A DNA stretch of 64,000 nt from an uncultured bacterium (GTDB lineage: Bacteria > Chloroflexota > UBA5177 > JANWHV01). A model generated the notes under the pieces. That model was not told the origin of the DNA, searched no databases, and was given only the letters and a program-made list of their open reading frames with translations. Below are positions 39,821 through 49,928 of the stretch, piece by piece. The position numbers and the translations under genes are program-made. Position 1 is the stretch's first letter. Each line of letters starts with the position of its first letter. Where the stretch lies: positions 32,001 to 96,000 of the forward strand of contig CAWHAE010000020.1 of NCBI GenBank assembly GCA_963827235.1, read 5' to 3'.

Positions 39821-42241
39821 ATGCGCTCGTACGGCTACTTCGACGACGACGCACGCGAATACGTGGTGACGACTCCAGCGACGCCGATCAAGTGGAGCAA
39901 CTATGTCGGCACGCTCCGATTCGGCGGCGTAGTCGACACGACCGGCGGCAGCCTGATCTGCAAGGGCGATCCGGCGCTCAACCGCATCACGAAGTACCTG
40001 GCGTGGCTTCCCGCCTCCGATTTCAAGGGCTCTACCATCTACATCCGCATAGCGCGCGCGGACGCGCCATTCGCCCTGTTCAGCCCCTTCGTCACCCCGA
40101 CGCTCGGTCGCCCCGACCGGTGGGAGTGCCACGTTGGGCTGTCCTACATGCGGTGGCTGGTGGAATTCTATGACCTGCGAGTCCAGATCACGATCTTTGT
40201 CCCGGCCGGATCGTCCACCCTTCTTCAGGACATACGAGTTACCAATATCGGCTCGGACCCGCTTGCAGTCGATGTCTGCCCGGTGTACGAGTTCAGCCAC
40301 TTCGACGCGTTGAAGCAGCTCACGAACGCGGACTGGGTGCCGCAGACCATGACACTGAGGGCCCATCGCGAGCCCACCGGTCATCTCGTCCTGGAGCAAT
40401 ATGCCTTCATGCGCCGGGATGTCTGCGTCAACTACGTGACCGCGGACGGGCCGGTTGCTTCCTTCGAAGGAGACCGCCGGATATTCCTGGGCGACAGTGA
40501 GATGGGCTCCTGGGCGCACCCGCTCTCCCTGGACGCACCGTCACTCTCGAATTCGGAGTGCGTGCGCGGCAACAACGTGGCGGCACTGCTGATCCCTGCC
40601 GGGCCGCTGGCCCCTGGAGCCACGTTTCGCACCTGTACGCAGCTTGGCCAGGACCGCGACCTGAATGCCGCGAGGACCGAGATCGCCCGCTTCCGGGATC
40701 TCGAGAACGTCGACGCGGCGCTTCGAGACCTGGCGTCGTTCTGGGAACGCTATCTGCAAACGCTGCAGGTGCGAACGCCGGACGCCGCGTTCAACACGAT
40801 GCTCAACGTGCACAACCCGCGCCAGTGCCACACGACGAAGAACTGGTCGCGCTATCTCTCGCTGCACCAGCTGGGCTATGGCTCGGACCGCGGCATCGGC
40901 TTCCGTGATACTGCGCAGGATCTGCTGGGCGTGATGAGCCACATGCCGGAGGAGGCGATCGAGCTTGCGCTGGATCTGTTGTCCGTGCAGCGGCGCGACG
41001 GCTCCGCCATGCACCAGTACGCTCCATCCACCATGGTCGCTACGATGGGCGAGGCGCCAAAGGACGATCCACGGCTCGGCTACTACGGTGACGATCATCT
41101 CTGGATAGTGCTGACTGTGGCCGCATATCTCCGGGAAACGGGCAACGTCGCCGTGCTCGACAAGGTCGTTCCCTTCTACGAGAAGCACGAACGCAGCGGG
41201 CTGCCGCTGGAGTCGGGCACAGTATGGGAGCATCTCTGTCGCGCCCTGCGCTTCACCTGGGGCGATCGCGGCCGGCATGGACTTCCCCACGCCGGCTACG
41301 CGGACTGGAACGACACCGTGAACCTCCCGGCGGGCTCTGAGTCGCTCTTCAACGCCAATCTTTTCGGCGCTGCCCTGCGCGCGGCGCGCGAGGTGGCCGC
41401 CGCTTCCGGCTACCAGGCGGAGATCGAGGAGTTTCGCCGCTACTATGACGTGATGATGCAGGCCGTCAACGCCGTGGCGTGGGACGGCGCCTGGTGGATC
41501 CGCTATTTCGACCAGGCTGGTGATCCGCTCGGCTCGCACGCGAACCGGTACGGCAAGCTCTTCACGAACGGCCAATCGTGGCCCATCATCTCCGGCTTCG
41601 CCGGCGGCCGACGCGCACTGCAGGCCATGGACAGCGTCTACGAGATCATGAATACGCGCCACGGCATAAAGCTCTCATGGCCGAGTTATCGCGGCTACGA
41701 CGCGCAGCTTGGCGGCGTTACGACCTATCCGCCCGGCGCAAAAGAGAATGGCGGCATCTTTCTGCACGCCAATCCCTGGGCCATGATCGCTGAGTGCTTG
41801 CTCGGCCGCGGCGACCGGGCCTACCAGTATTATCGCCAGATCAATCCGGCTGCCAAGAACGACAGCCTGGATGAGTACGAGTCCGAGCCGTATTGCTATC
41901 CCCAGAACATACTCGGCGACGAGCATCCTCAGTTTGGGCTGGCACGAAACGCCTGGCTCTCCGGCACCAGCGCCTGGTGCTACGTGGCTGCCACGCAGTG
42001 GATCCTGGGCATCCGGCCCACACTTGGCGGGCTGATCGTCGACCCATGTCTCCCCGCTGCATGGGACGGCTTCGATGTGGTGCGCCGGTGGCGGGGTGCC
42101 ACCTACCGGATCGCCGTCAGGAATCCCCATCACGTGTGCAAGGGCGTGCAGTCTCTGCGCGTCGACGGCGACGTCTTTGACGGTAACCTGGTACCGATCC
42201 AGGGTCCCGGCAACCATCTCGTAGAGGTTACGATGGGCTGA
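39821..42241 (+). CDS. GH94 glycoside phosphorylase (cellobiose/chitobiose phosphorylase-like)
   Basis: 'YGYFDDDAREYVVT.P.TP..W.NY.G', GFRDTAQD, DD.LW, catalytic ADWNDT, KENGGIF.HANPW, WLSGT. Confidence 0.93.
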   Translation: MRSYGYFDDDAREYVVTTPATPIKWSNYVGTLRFGGVVDTTGGSLICKGDPALNRITKYLAWLPASDFKGSTIYIRIARADAPFALFSPFVTPTLGRPDRWECHVGLSYMRWLVEFYDLRVQITIFVPAGSSTLLQDIRVTNIGSDPLAVDVCPVYEFSHFDALKQLTNADWVPQTMTLRAHREPTGHLVLEQYAFMRRDVCVNYVTADGPVASFEGDRRIFLGDSEMGSWAHPLSLDAPSLSNSECVRGNNVAALLIPAGPLAPGATFRTCTQLGQDRDLNAARTEIARFRDLENVDAALRDLASFWERYLQTLQVRTPDAAFNTMLNVHNPRQCHTTKNWSRYLSLHQLGYGSDRGIGFRDTAQDLLGVMSHMPEEAIELALDLLSVQRRDGSAMHQYAPSTMVATMGEAPKDDPRLGYYGDDHLWIVLTVAAYLRETGNVAVLDKVVPFYEKHERSGLPLESGTVWEHLCRALRFTWGDRGRHGLPHAGYADWNDTVNLPAGSESLFNANLFGAALRAAREVAAASGYQAEIEEFRRYYDVMMQAVNAVAWDGAWWIRYFDQAGDPLGSHANRYGKLFTNGQSWPIISGFAGGRRALQAMDSVYEIMNTRHGIKLSWPSYRGYDAQLGGVTTYPPGAKENGGIFLHANPWAMIAECLLGRGDRAYQYYRQINPAAKNDSLDEYESEPYCYPQNILGDEHPQFGLARNAWLSGTSAWCYVAATQWILGIRPTLGGLIVDPCLPAAWDGFDVVRRWRGATYRIAVRNPHHVCKGVQSLRVDGDVFDGNLVPIQGPGNHLVEVTMG

Positions 42242-42384
42242 GACCGTACGGTGGAACGCGGCGGTGGGGTACACTGGCTGGGGCGACCCGCCGTCGTGGC
42301 TCGCCCGGCGCGACTTGGTCGGACGCCGGTGAGGCAGCCCGCCGGCGACTCGGCAGGCAGTTCTGTGGAGGGATAAGGCGAGTA

Positions 42385-43755
42385 TTGGCAGGCTCACTGA
42401 TCGTTGGCTTAGGTCGCGAAGGTCTGGCTCTGACCCGCTTTTTGCGCGATTCGGGTACGGATGTCACCGTGTGCGATGGCCGATCCGCTGCCGATCTTGG
42501 CCGGGCTGCCGACGAGGCGCTTGCTCTGGGCGCCACGCTTGTGACCGGCAACGATTGCCCGGATCTGAGTCCCTTTGACGTCGCCTATGTCAACCCGGCC
42601 GTGCCCAAGGACGCCCCGGTCGTCCAGGCAGCTCTGGCGCGCGGTATCCGCGTGTCGGCCCTCACGGATGTGTTCTTCGACATCTGCCCGGCGCCCATCG
42701 TGGGTATCACGGGCAGCAGCGGCAAGACCACGACCACGACCATGCTCGGCCTCATGTTGGAAGCGGCGGGGTTTATGGCGCACGTGGGCGGCAACATCGG
42801 CCGGCCGCTGCTCAATGAAGCCGGCGGCATGCGGGCCGACGATTGGGTCGTGTTGGAAATGAGCAGCTTCCAGCTCGAGTGGCTGGCTGCAAGCCCTCGA
42901 ATCGCCGTGGTAACGAACGTCACTCCTAATCACCTCGACAGGCATAGGACGATGGAGGAGTACGTCGCCGCCAAGCTGCACATCGTGCAGTATCAGCGGG
43001 GGGACGACCTGGCGGTGCTGAACGCGCAGGACCGGTATGCTCCACGTTTCGCCAGGGCGGCCGGTGGACGCGTGCTATACTTCAGCCTGGAGTCCGCACC
43101 GTCCGATGGCGCGGTCCTGGAGGGTGAGATGCTCTGTATCCGCCGTGGCGGGATCAGCGTACCGGTGTGTAGCCGCCACGAGATGCGTGTGCCCGGTCTC
43201 CATAATGTGGCCAATGCGCTGGCCGCGATTGCGGCAGCCGACGAAGTCGGCGCGGGCGTCGACGCCATGCGTGACGTGCTCGGCAGGTTTGCCGGCGTGC
43301 CGCATCGGCTGGAGTTTGTGCGTACGCTGCGTGGCGTGCGGTACTACAACGACTCGATCGCTACGACGCCGGACCGTGCACAGGCCGCTCTCGATGCAGT
43401 CGACGGGCCGCTGGTCCTGATCCTGGGCGGCCATGATAAGGATTTGCCCTGGTTGGCCTTCTGCCGCGGCGCTGCCGCGCGCTGCCGCGCGGTGCTACTG
43501 ATCGGTGAGGCGCAGGACCTGATCGGCCGGCACTTCCGGGAAGTGCTGGGCGACGGGCAGAGCCACGTTCTCGACGCGGAGAACGTGCGCCCGTGTGGCG
43601 ACCTCGAGAAGGCCGTGCAGGCAGCCTGGACCATGGCGCAAGCCGGCGATGCCGTGCTTCTTTCGCCCGGCTGTGCCAGCTATGACCAGTATGCGAACTA
43701 CGAGGTGCGAGGCGCGCGCTTCCGAGAGCTCGTGGGGTCGTTAGGTGGCGACTAA
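42385..43755 (+). CDS. murD: UDP-N-acetylmuramoyl-L-alanine--D-glutamate ligase
   Basis: GITGSSGKTTT, GGNIG, EMSSFQL, PNHLDRH, HRLE, YNDSIAT, LSPGCASYD. Confidence 0.95.
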   Translation: MAGSLIVGLGREGLALTRFLRDSGTDVTVCDGRSAADLGRAADEALALGATLVTGNDCPDLSPFDVAYVNPAVPKDAPVVQAALARGIRVSALTDVFFDICPAPIVGITGSSGKTTTTTMLGLMLEAAGFMAHVGGNIGRPLLNEAGGMRADDWVVLEMSSFQLEWLAASPRIAVVTNVTPNHLDRHRTMEEYVAAKLHIVQYQRGDDLAVLNAQDRYAPRFARAAGGRVLYFSLESAPSDGAVLEGEMLCIRRGGISVPVCSRHEMRVPGLHNVANALAAIAAADEVGAGVDAMRDVLGRFAGVPHRLEFVRTLRGVRYYNDSIATTPDRAQAALDAVDGPLVLILGGHDKDLPWLAFCRGAAARCRAVLLIGEAQDLIGRHFREVLGDGQSHVLDAENVRPCGDLEKAVQAAWTMAQAGDAVLLSPGCASYDQYANYEVRGARFRELVGSLGGD

Positions 43756-45445
43756 CAGGAGACAGGCCGGCGCAGTGGCGCCCCACGCGCGCCGGCAGGA
43801 GCCTGACGCGAGCCACGACCCTGATAGCGGCAGTCGCCGGGTAGGGTACTCGGCACGCGTCCCCGGCACCTACGCTTCGCGCCAGGTGCGCCCCACCGCG
43901 GCGCCTCCACCCCACCGGCATGGGCAAGCCTTGCACGTGCTGTCCGTGCTGCTGCTTCCTCTGCGTCTGCTCGGCGCGTGGTTGAGTAGACTTGCCGGAA
44001 GGCTGTGGACGAGTCTTCGCCCGGCCGTGCAGGAGGATGTGGAAGAAGAGGCGGCACGCCAAGGCCAGTCGGCAGGTCGTGCGCAGTCAGCTCGCACCTC
44101 GGCGGGCGAGATGATCATGGCTACCCGGATGGTGCCCGGCGCGGCGACGGCTGAGATTGCTCCGGATGCGGACGATGGTGCGGAGGATCAGTCTGCGGCC
44201 TCTGCCGCAGTGCTGTCGATGCAGGTGGACCTGCGGCTGCTGGCCACCGTGATCTGCCTGCTCGTACTGGGTACGGTCTTCGTCTATAGCGCGAGCATGT
44301 ACCAGGATTATCAGGTCAACGGCGACGTCAACTACTACATGAAGAAACAGCTCATCTCCGTCACGCTGGGCCTGATCGCGATGTATATCGGTGCGCGGGT
44401 GAATTACCTGTCGATTCGCCGCTGGACCATGCCCTTCCTGATCATCACCGCGGTGGCGCTGCTTGCCGTTCACGTGCCGGGCATCGGGCATTCATCCGGC
44501 GGCGCCTCGCGGTGGCTCTACTTCAAAGGCCAGTCGTTGCAGCCGAGTGAGCTGGGTAAGCTCGCGTTGACCATATACGCTGCTACGTGGCTCGCCGGCA
44601 AGCCCGAAGAGGTCAGGGAGTCGATTACCGGTCTGCTGGCGTTTCTTCTCGTGCTCGGATTCACGACCCTGCTCATCTTCCAACAGCCGGATCTGGGTAC
44701 GGCGGCCGTGGTAAGCGGGGCTATGGTGATCATGTTCTTCGTGTCAGGCGCCAAGCTGCGTCACCTGGTCGTGCTGGCGGCCCTGTTCCTTCCGGTAGGC
44801 TACTTCGTTACCCACAAGGGTAACTACTGGAGCGCACGCATCCAGGCCTGGCGTCACCCCTGGGACGACCAGCTCGGACTGGGCTACCAGATCTCGCGCG
44901 CTCTGCTCGCCTTCTGGCACGGAGGGCTTACCGGTGTCGGTCTCGGCAACGGCCAGATGAAGGACTATATCCCGGCGGCGAACTCCGATTCCATCTTCGC
45001 TACCATCGGCGAGGAGACCGGGCTCATCGGGTGCCTGGTAGTGGTAGGGCTGTTCGCCTTCTTCGCCTATCGCGGCATTCGCGTGAGCTTGCTGACCTCT
45101 GAGCCTTTCGGGAAGCTTCTCGCCGCGGGTATCACCAGTTACCTGGTGGTCCAGGCGCTGCTGAACATGATGTCGGTGACAAACACGATTCCATTCACCG
45201 GCGTGCCGCTGCCGTTTATCAGCTACGGCGGGAACTCGCTGGTGGTAAACTTACTCGCCGTTGGCATACTGCTCAACGTATCGCGCCATATTGAGCCCAT
45301 ACCGGAGGAGCGCAGTGACCTTACGGGTACTTATTTCTGGTGGGGGAACAGGCGGGCACATCTACCCGCTGCTCACCATCGCCAAGTCCCTGTCCAGGGA
45401 GCGCGTGGCGGTTGGCGCGAGCGGAACCTCACCAGGAACCATTGA
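43745..45445 (+). CDS. ftsW: SEDS peptidoglycan glycosyltransferase FtsW, with long N-terminal extension
   Basis: 'FVYSAS', 'GGASRW', QPSELGK, QPDLGT, GYQ, 'DSIFA.IGEE.G', TGVPLPFISYGG. Lies between murD and murG; true start may be downstream of 43745. Confidence 0.92.
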   Translation: MATNRRQAGAVAPHARRQEPDASHDPDSGSRRVGYSARVPGTYASRQVRPTAAPPPHRHGQALHVLSVLLLPLRLLGAWLSRLAGRLWTSLRPAVQEDVEEEAARQGQSAGRAQSARTSAGEMIMATRMVPGAATAEIAPDADDGAEDQSAASAAVLSMQVDLRLLATVICLLVLGTVFVYSASMYQDYQVNGDVNYYMKKQLISVTLGLIAMYIGARVNYLSIRRWTMPFLIITAVALLAVHVPGIGHSSGGASRWLYFKGQSLQPSELGKLALTIYAATWLAGKPEEVRESITGLLAFLLVLGFTTLLIFQQPDLGTAAVVSGAMVIMFFVSGAKLRHLVVLAALFLPVGYFVTHKGNYWSARIQAWRHPWDDQLGLGYQISRALLAFWHGGLTGVGLGNGQMKDYIPAANSDSIFATIGEETGLIGCLVVVGLFAFFAYRGIRVSLLTSEPFGKLLAAGITSYLVVQALLNMMSVTNTIPFTGVPLPFISYGGNSLVVNLLAVGILLNVSRHIEPIPEERSDLTGTYFWWGNRRAHLPAAHHRQVPVQGARGGWRERNLTRNH

Positions 45446-46451
45446 GTTCCTCTATGTCGGCGGGCCTCGTCCTATCGATCGCCGCCTTGTCGAGGAGGCC
45501 GGTCTGCCGTTCGAGCGGATCGAGGCTGGCGGGCTGCGCGGCATGGGCATTAAGGCCGTTCCGAACGCCTTCCGCTTGGCGGGAGGATTCGCGCAGGCGC
45601 TGAACGTGGTAGGGCGATTCCGCCCCAATGTTGCGCTGGTGTCTGGAGGATACGTGTGCGCGCCGGTGGTGGCCGCCAGCTTGGCCTTGCGCGTGCCGCT
45701 CGTCGTGCTGGCCGTGGAGATAGACCAGGGCTGGGTCAATCTCGCCGCCGCCCGGGTGGCGACGGCGGTGGCGGCGGCATTCGAGCCTGCCCTGCCCAAT
45801 CTGCCTGCCGGGCGAACCACCCTCACCGGTTACCCGGTAAGGCCGGAGTTCCTGCACGCGGATCGTGAGACGGCGCGCGCCGGTCTCTACCTGGATCCGT
45901 CGTTACCGGTGCTGGCCGTGTTCGGCGGCAGCCAGGGCTCGCACAAGATCAACGAGGCGGTCTCGGGCACGCTGCCCGACATCTTGCTGGCAACTCAGGT
46001 GCTGCATGTCTGCGGCGAGGCGGATCTACCCGCGCAGCAGGCGCGCCAGTCTGCGCTGCCGCAGGTGTTGCGAAGCAGGTACCGGTTGTTCAGCTATCTG
46101 CCGGCGTCGGAGATGGCCGGCGTAATGGCGGCGGCAAGCCTGGTCGTCTGCCGTGCGGGCGCGGCGCCGCTTGCCGAGCTGCCGCTTGCTGGAGTGCCCG
46201 CGATCATGGTCCCCGGCGCATTCTCAAGCCAGATGACCAACGCGCGCTACCTGGAAGAGCAGGGCGCTGCCGTGGTGTTGCTCGACTCCGCGCTCGCCGC
46301 CGAATCTCTTCGCGAGCGCGTGCTTGCGCTGCTGCGCGACCACCCGCGCCTGGAGGCCATGGCCGACAAGATGCGATCGCTGGCGCGGCCCGACGCCGCG
46401 GAGGCGATCTCGGCGATGGTCCGCCGCGTGGCAGGGGTAGGCCGGCTATGA
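45315..46451 (+). CDS. murG: Undecaprenyl-PP-MurNAc-pentapeptide GlcNAc transferase
   Basis: GTG after GGAGGAG. GGGTGGHIYP, GGYV, GYPVR, FGGSQGS, CRAGA, Q..NA. Confidence 0.95.
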   Translation: MTLRVLISGGGTGGHIYPLLTIAKSLSRERVAVGASGTSPGTIEFLYVGGPRPIDRRLVEEAGLPFERIEAGGLRGMGIKAVPNAFRLAGGFAQALNVVGRFRPNVALVSGGYVCAPVVAASLALRVPLVVLAVEIDQGWVNLAAARVATAVAAAFEPALPNLPAGRTTLTGYPVRPEFLHADRETARAGLYLDPSLPVLAVFGGSQGSHKINEAVSGTLPDILLATQVLHVCGEADLPAQQARQSALPQVLRSRYRLFSYLPASEMAGVMAAASLVVCRAGAAPLAELPLAGVPAIMVPGAFSSQMTNARYLEEQGAAVVLLDSALAAESLRERVLALLRDHPRLEAMADKMRSLARPDAAEAISAMVRRVAGVGRL

Positions 46452-46473
46452 TTCGAGACATGAGGCCGCGCGG

Positions 46474-47905
46474 ATGACTTCGGACCAGGCGTTGGCCCAC
46501 CTGCGGGCGTTGCGGTCGGGCTCACGGGTGCACATGGTCGGCGTGGCCGGGGCGGGCATGAACGCGCTGGCAGCGGTGTTGCTGGCGCGCCGGTACGCAG
46601 TGAGCGGCTCGGATCAGCAGCGCACGGCCCAGGTCGACCGGCTGCAGGCTCAGGGATTGGTATTTCACCAGGGACACAGCGCGGCTCAGGTTGCCGGCGC
46701 GGACCTCGTCGTGATCTCCGCCGCGGTGCGGGATACCAACGTGGAGGTCGCGGCCGCTCGCTCCGCCGGCATCCCGGTCGTGAAGCGCGCGGCGGCACTC
46801 GGCTGGCTGCTCGAGCCCCTGCGCAGCATCGCGGTGGCAGGCACGCACGGGAAAACCACGACCTCCGCGATGGCAGCGTTCATCCTCACTCGTGCCGATC
46901 TCGATCCATCCTACGTGGTGGGCAGTGAGGTGCTGGATCTCGGGGCGAGCGCGGCTTTTGGCGGCGGTGACTGGGCCGTGGTAGAAGCCGACGAATACGA
47001 CCGCAGCTTCCTCACGCTCAACCCCATGGTGGCCGTGATTACCAACGTGGAACCGGATCACCTGGAGTACTACGGCAGCGTAGAGGCCATGCACCAGGCA
47101 TATGACCAGTTCGTGGCGCGTATCGTCGCTGGCGGTACCCTTGTGATCAACTGCGCGGACGCCCATCTCTCCCGCTTGGCAGTGCCGCGAGGGTTGGCCT
47201 TGGTGACCTGTGCGCCTTCGCCATGCGCCGCCGAGTGGCAGGCCGATGCCATCGAGGAGGGGGCGGGTGGCACCAGCTTCGTGCTTCGCTGTCCTGCTGG
47301 CAAGATCGCTGGTACGCTGCTGGTCCCCGGGAGCCACAACGTGCTGAACGCCGTGCAGGCCGTCGCGGCATGCGCGAGAGCCGGCGTCGATCCTCTCCGC
47401 GCACTGGCCTCTCTGGCAGACTTTCACGGGACGAGCCGGCGGTTCCAGTACGTAGGCGAGGCCGGCGGCGTGGCCGTCTATGACGACTACGCGCACCATC
47501 CCACCGAGATACGTGCCACACTGGCCGCGGCTCGCGCGCGTTTCGCGGGCCAGCCTGTCCTGGTCGTGTTCCAGCCGCACACCTACTCTCGCACCAAACT
47601 GCTGTTCGACGATTTCGTGGCTGCGTTCGACCTGCGCCGATCGCCTGGTCCTGACCCAGATCTATGCCTCTCGAGAGACCGACACGCTGGGCATCACGGC
47701 CGCCATGCTTGCCGAGGCGCTCGAGAACCGGCTAGGGCGGGGCCGTGTCCGGCTGGCCGGATCCCTGGATGACGTGCCCTCCATTGTGGCCGCGGAGGCC
47801 GAGTCAGGCGACGTGGTGCTCACCCTCGGCGCGGGCAGCATCACGGAGGCCGGTCCGAGGATCGTCGAGACCCTTCGCTCCCGCGCCGGCGGAGATCGCC
47901 CGTGA
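46474..47905 (+). CDS. murC: UDP-N-acetylmuramate--L-alanine ligase; +1 frameshift near 47635
   Basis: GVAGAGM, AGTHGKTTT, EADEYD, DHLEY, RRF, DDYAHHPTE, FQPH.YSRT. C-terminus 'ADRLVLTQIYASRE...VLTLGAGSI' is in the 47480..47905 frame and is joined by removing C47635. Confidence 0.92.
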
Positions 47906-48861
47906 CTGTCGAGCACGGTCTCGGAAGTCGCCGGCTGCCGGCCGGTCTTGCCGGAGAGCTTCGACATCTCCCAGGGATCGGCGATGTGGCCGAGTACGCG
48001 CGTCTCGCGCCGCATACAACCTGGCGCGTGGGTGGCGCAGCCGATCTGCTCTGCGTGGCGACAAGCGTGGATGGGCTGGCCGGCGCGCTGCGACTGGCCG
48101 AGTCACATGGCGTACCGTGGCGAGTGCTTGGCCGCGGATCGAACGTTCTGGTCAGCGACCTCGGTGTCGCCGGACTGGTCGTACTGAACCGCGCGTCATC
48201 CATGTCCGTAGACGCGGAGCGCGTGCACGCCGACTCCGGGCTGCTGCTGAGCGCGCTGGCCAATCGGGCGCTGAGGTCCGCGCTGGCAGGCATGGAGTGG
48301 AGTGCCGGCATACCGGGAACCGTGGGTGGCGCCGTGGTGAGCAACGCGGGCGCGCACGGCTCCTGTATGGCCGATCGGCTGCTCAAGATCGAGACCTCCT
48401 TCGCCGGGGCCGAGTCGCGCTGGATGACCGTGCAAGACTTGCGGATGGCGTACCGGCACAGCAGGCTTCGCGAGGGGGACGGTGAGAACGAGGTCGTGCT
48501 GCGCGCGGTGTTCCAACTATGGCTGGACGACGCGGGCGCCATTCGCGCGCGGATGGAAGAGTTCAAGCGCCAGCGCCAGGCCTCGCAGCCGCTTGCCAGC
48601 GCCAGCGCCGGGTCGGTGTTCAAGAACCCGGCGGGGGAGAGTGCCGCCCGGCTGATTGATCAGGCTGGGTTGAAGGGCATGTGCATAGGCGGGGCCACGG
48701 TATCTCAGCGTCATGCTAACTTTGTGGTGACCGGCGCCGGAGCCACCGCTGCGGACGTCGCTAAGCTCATCGAGACGGTTCGCCGACGCGTGCGGGAGCG
48801 GTTCGGCGTCGAGCTCGTGTTGGAGGTACAGCCGATTGGCCGCGAAGCGGCAAGCGCCTAG
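47902..48861 (+). CDS. murB: UDP-N-acetylenolpyruvoylglucosamine reductase
   Basis: HTTWRVGG.A, GRGSNVL, GIPGTVGGA..NAGA, YR.S, SAGSVFKNP, HANF. Confidence 0.95.
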   Translation: MTVEHGLGSRRLPAGLAGELRHLPGIGDVAEYARLAPHTTWRVGGAADLLCVATSVDGLAGALRLAESHGVPWRVLGRGSNVLVSDLGVAGLVVLNRASSMSVDAERVHADSGLLLSALANRALRSALAGMEWSAGIPGTVGGAVVSNAGAHGSCMADRLLKIETSFAGAESRWMTVQDLRMAYRHSRLREGDGENEVVLRAVFQLWLDDAGAIRARMEEFKRQRQASQPLASASAGSVFKNPAGESAARLIDQAGLKGMCIGGATVSQRHANFVVTGAGATAADVAKLIETVRRRVRERFGVELVLEVQPIGREAASA

Positions 48862-48877
48862 ATCCAGACCGCTGGTC

Positions 48878-49729
48878 ATGGCGCGCCCAGCCGGTAGCGT
48901 GTCGCGCCAGTCGAAGCGCCGCATTTTCCGAACGCACCGCCGGTTCGGCTGGGGCCGCATCCTTCAGCTCCCGCTGCCGTGGATTGGCGCTGTCGTCTGC
49001 AGCATCGTCTTGCTCTACGTGGTGGTGTTCTCGGGCACATTCAAGGTACGGGCCATTGAGGCGCCGCATCTGGCCAAGAAGGATCTTGCTCAGGTGGTCG
49101 ATCGCTGCCAGTGCGTCGACCGCAGCATCTTCGCCCTGCAAACCGCCGACATTAAGCGCCGGCTCGACGGTATTCCGGCCCTGGTCATCGACAAGGTCGT
49201 CGCGAGCCTGCCCAACCACGTCAGCGTATTCGCGCACTACAAGCCTCGTGTGGCGGTTTGGCGGACGCCCGAAGCCGCGTATGCCGTGGCTGCCGACGGC
49301 CAGGTGCTGCAAGTCTGGAAGAAGCCCTTTCCCAAGAGCGGCTGGAAGCGACTTCCTGTCTTCGACGAGGGCTACGACAGCGTGATCAAGAAAGGCCACA
49401 GGCTGCTCGTAGGCGAGCATGTCGCGGTGCAGGCACTGGAGATGGAGCTCAGCCTCCAGAGCCGGACACCCGCGCAGCTCAAGCCGCTTGTGAAGGGGTA
49501 CGCATATAAGCCCTTCACCGGAGGGATAGTGGTTGGCAAGACGAACTGGTGGGCGCTTTTCGGCATGGACAGATCGAACAATCTGAATATCCGCATGGCG
49601 GCGCTGCTCGGCGTGCTGACGCACCAGCCACCCTATCTCTCACCCGGTCAATGCGTCGACCTGCGCCAAGCGGACGTCCAGGGCTCGCCCAACAACAGCT
49701 ATATCCACCCCAACCATAACTGCGGTTGA
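48878..49729 (+). CDS. ftsQ: Cell division protein FtsQ/DivIB-like (divergent)
   Basis: Basic N-terminus, one TM helix, POTRA-like 'F.V..I......L...P.....V...LP..V.V', 'P.VAVW....Y.V..DG.V', C-terminal 'VDLR'. Lies between murB and ftsA. Confidence 0.7.
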   Translation: MARPAGSVSRQSKRRIFRTHRRFGWGRILQLPLPWIGAVVCSIVLLYVVVFSGTFKVRAIEAPHLAKKDLAQVVDRCQCVDRSIFALQTADIKRRLDGIPALVIDKVVASLPNHVSVFAHYKPRVAVWRTPEAAYAVAADGQVLQVWKKPFPKSGWKRLPVFDEGYDSVIKKGHRLLVGEHVAVQALEMELSLQSRTPAQLKPLVKGYAYKPFTGGIVVGKTNWWALFGMDRSNNLNIRMAALLGVLTHQPPYLSPGQCVDLRQADVQGSPNNSYIHPNHNCG

Positions 49730-49854
49730 AGCGTCAGACGGCCTCATATCCGGCCTTCTTCGGCAGGCGATGCCGGTGGCTCGAAGGCATTGGGGCCGCG
49801 TTCCTGAACGCTGCGGAGTCATCAGTTACTCTGATTGGCTGCCCACTTTCTTGC

Positions 49855-49883
49855 TTTACGGCCTATAGGGTGGGTGGTATCAT
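49855..49883 (+). promoter_or_regulatory. Putative internal sigma70 promoter for ftsA
   Basis: TTTACG (49855-60)-N17-TATCAT (49878-83) with extended TG. Confidence 0.5.
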
Positions 49884-49928
49884 CGTCAGGGCTCATATAG
49901 TGGAGAATGCCTGCTGGGAGGAGGCCGG

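Noticed and set aside
38867-40519. 550-aa version of the HAD hydrolase ORF
   Set aside because: The N-terminal 300 aa are antisense to the GH94 gene. HAD motif I begins right after ATG 39607.
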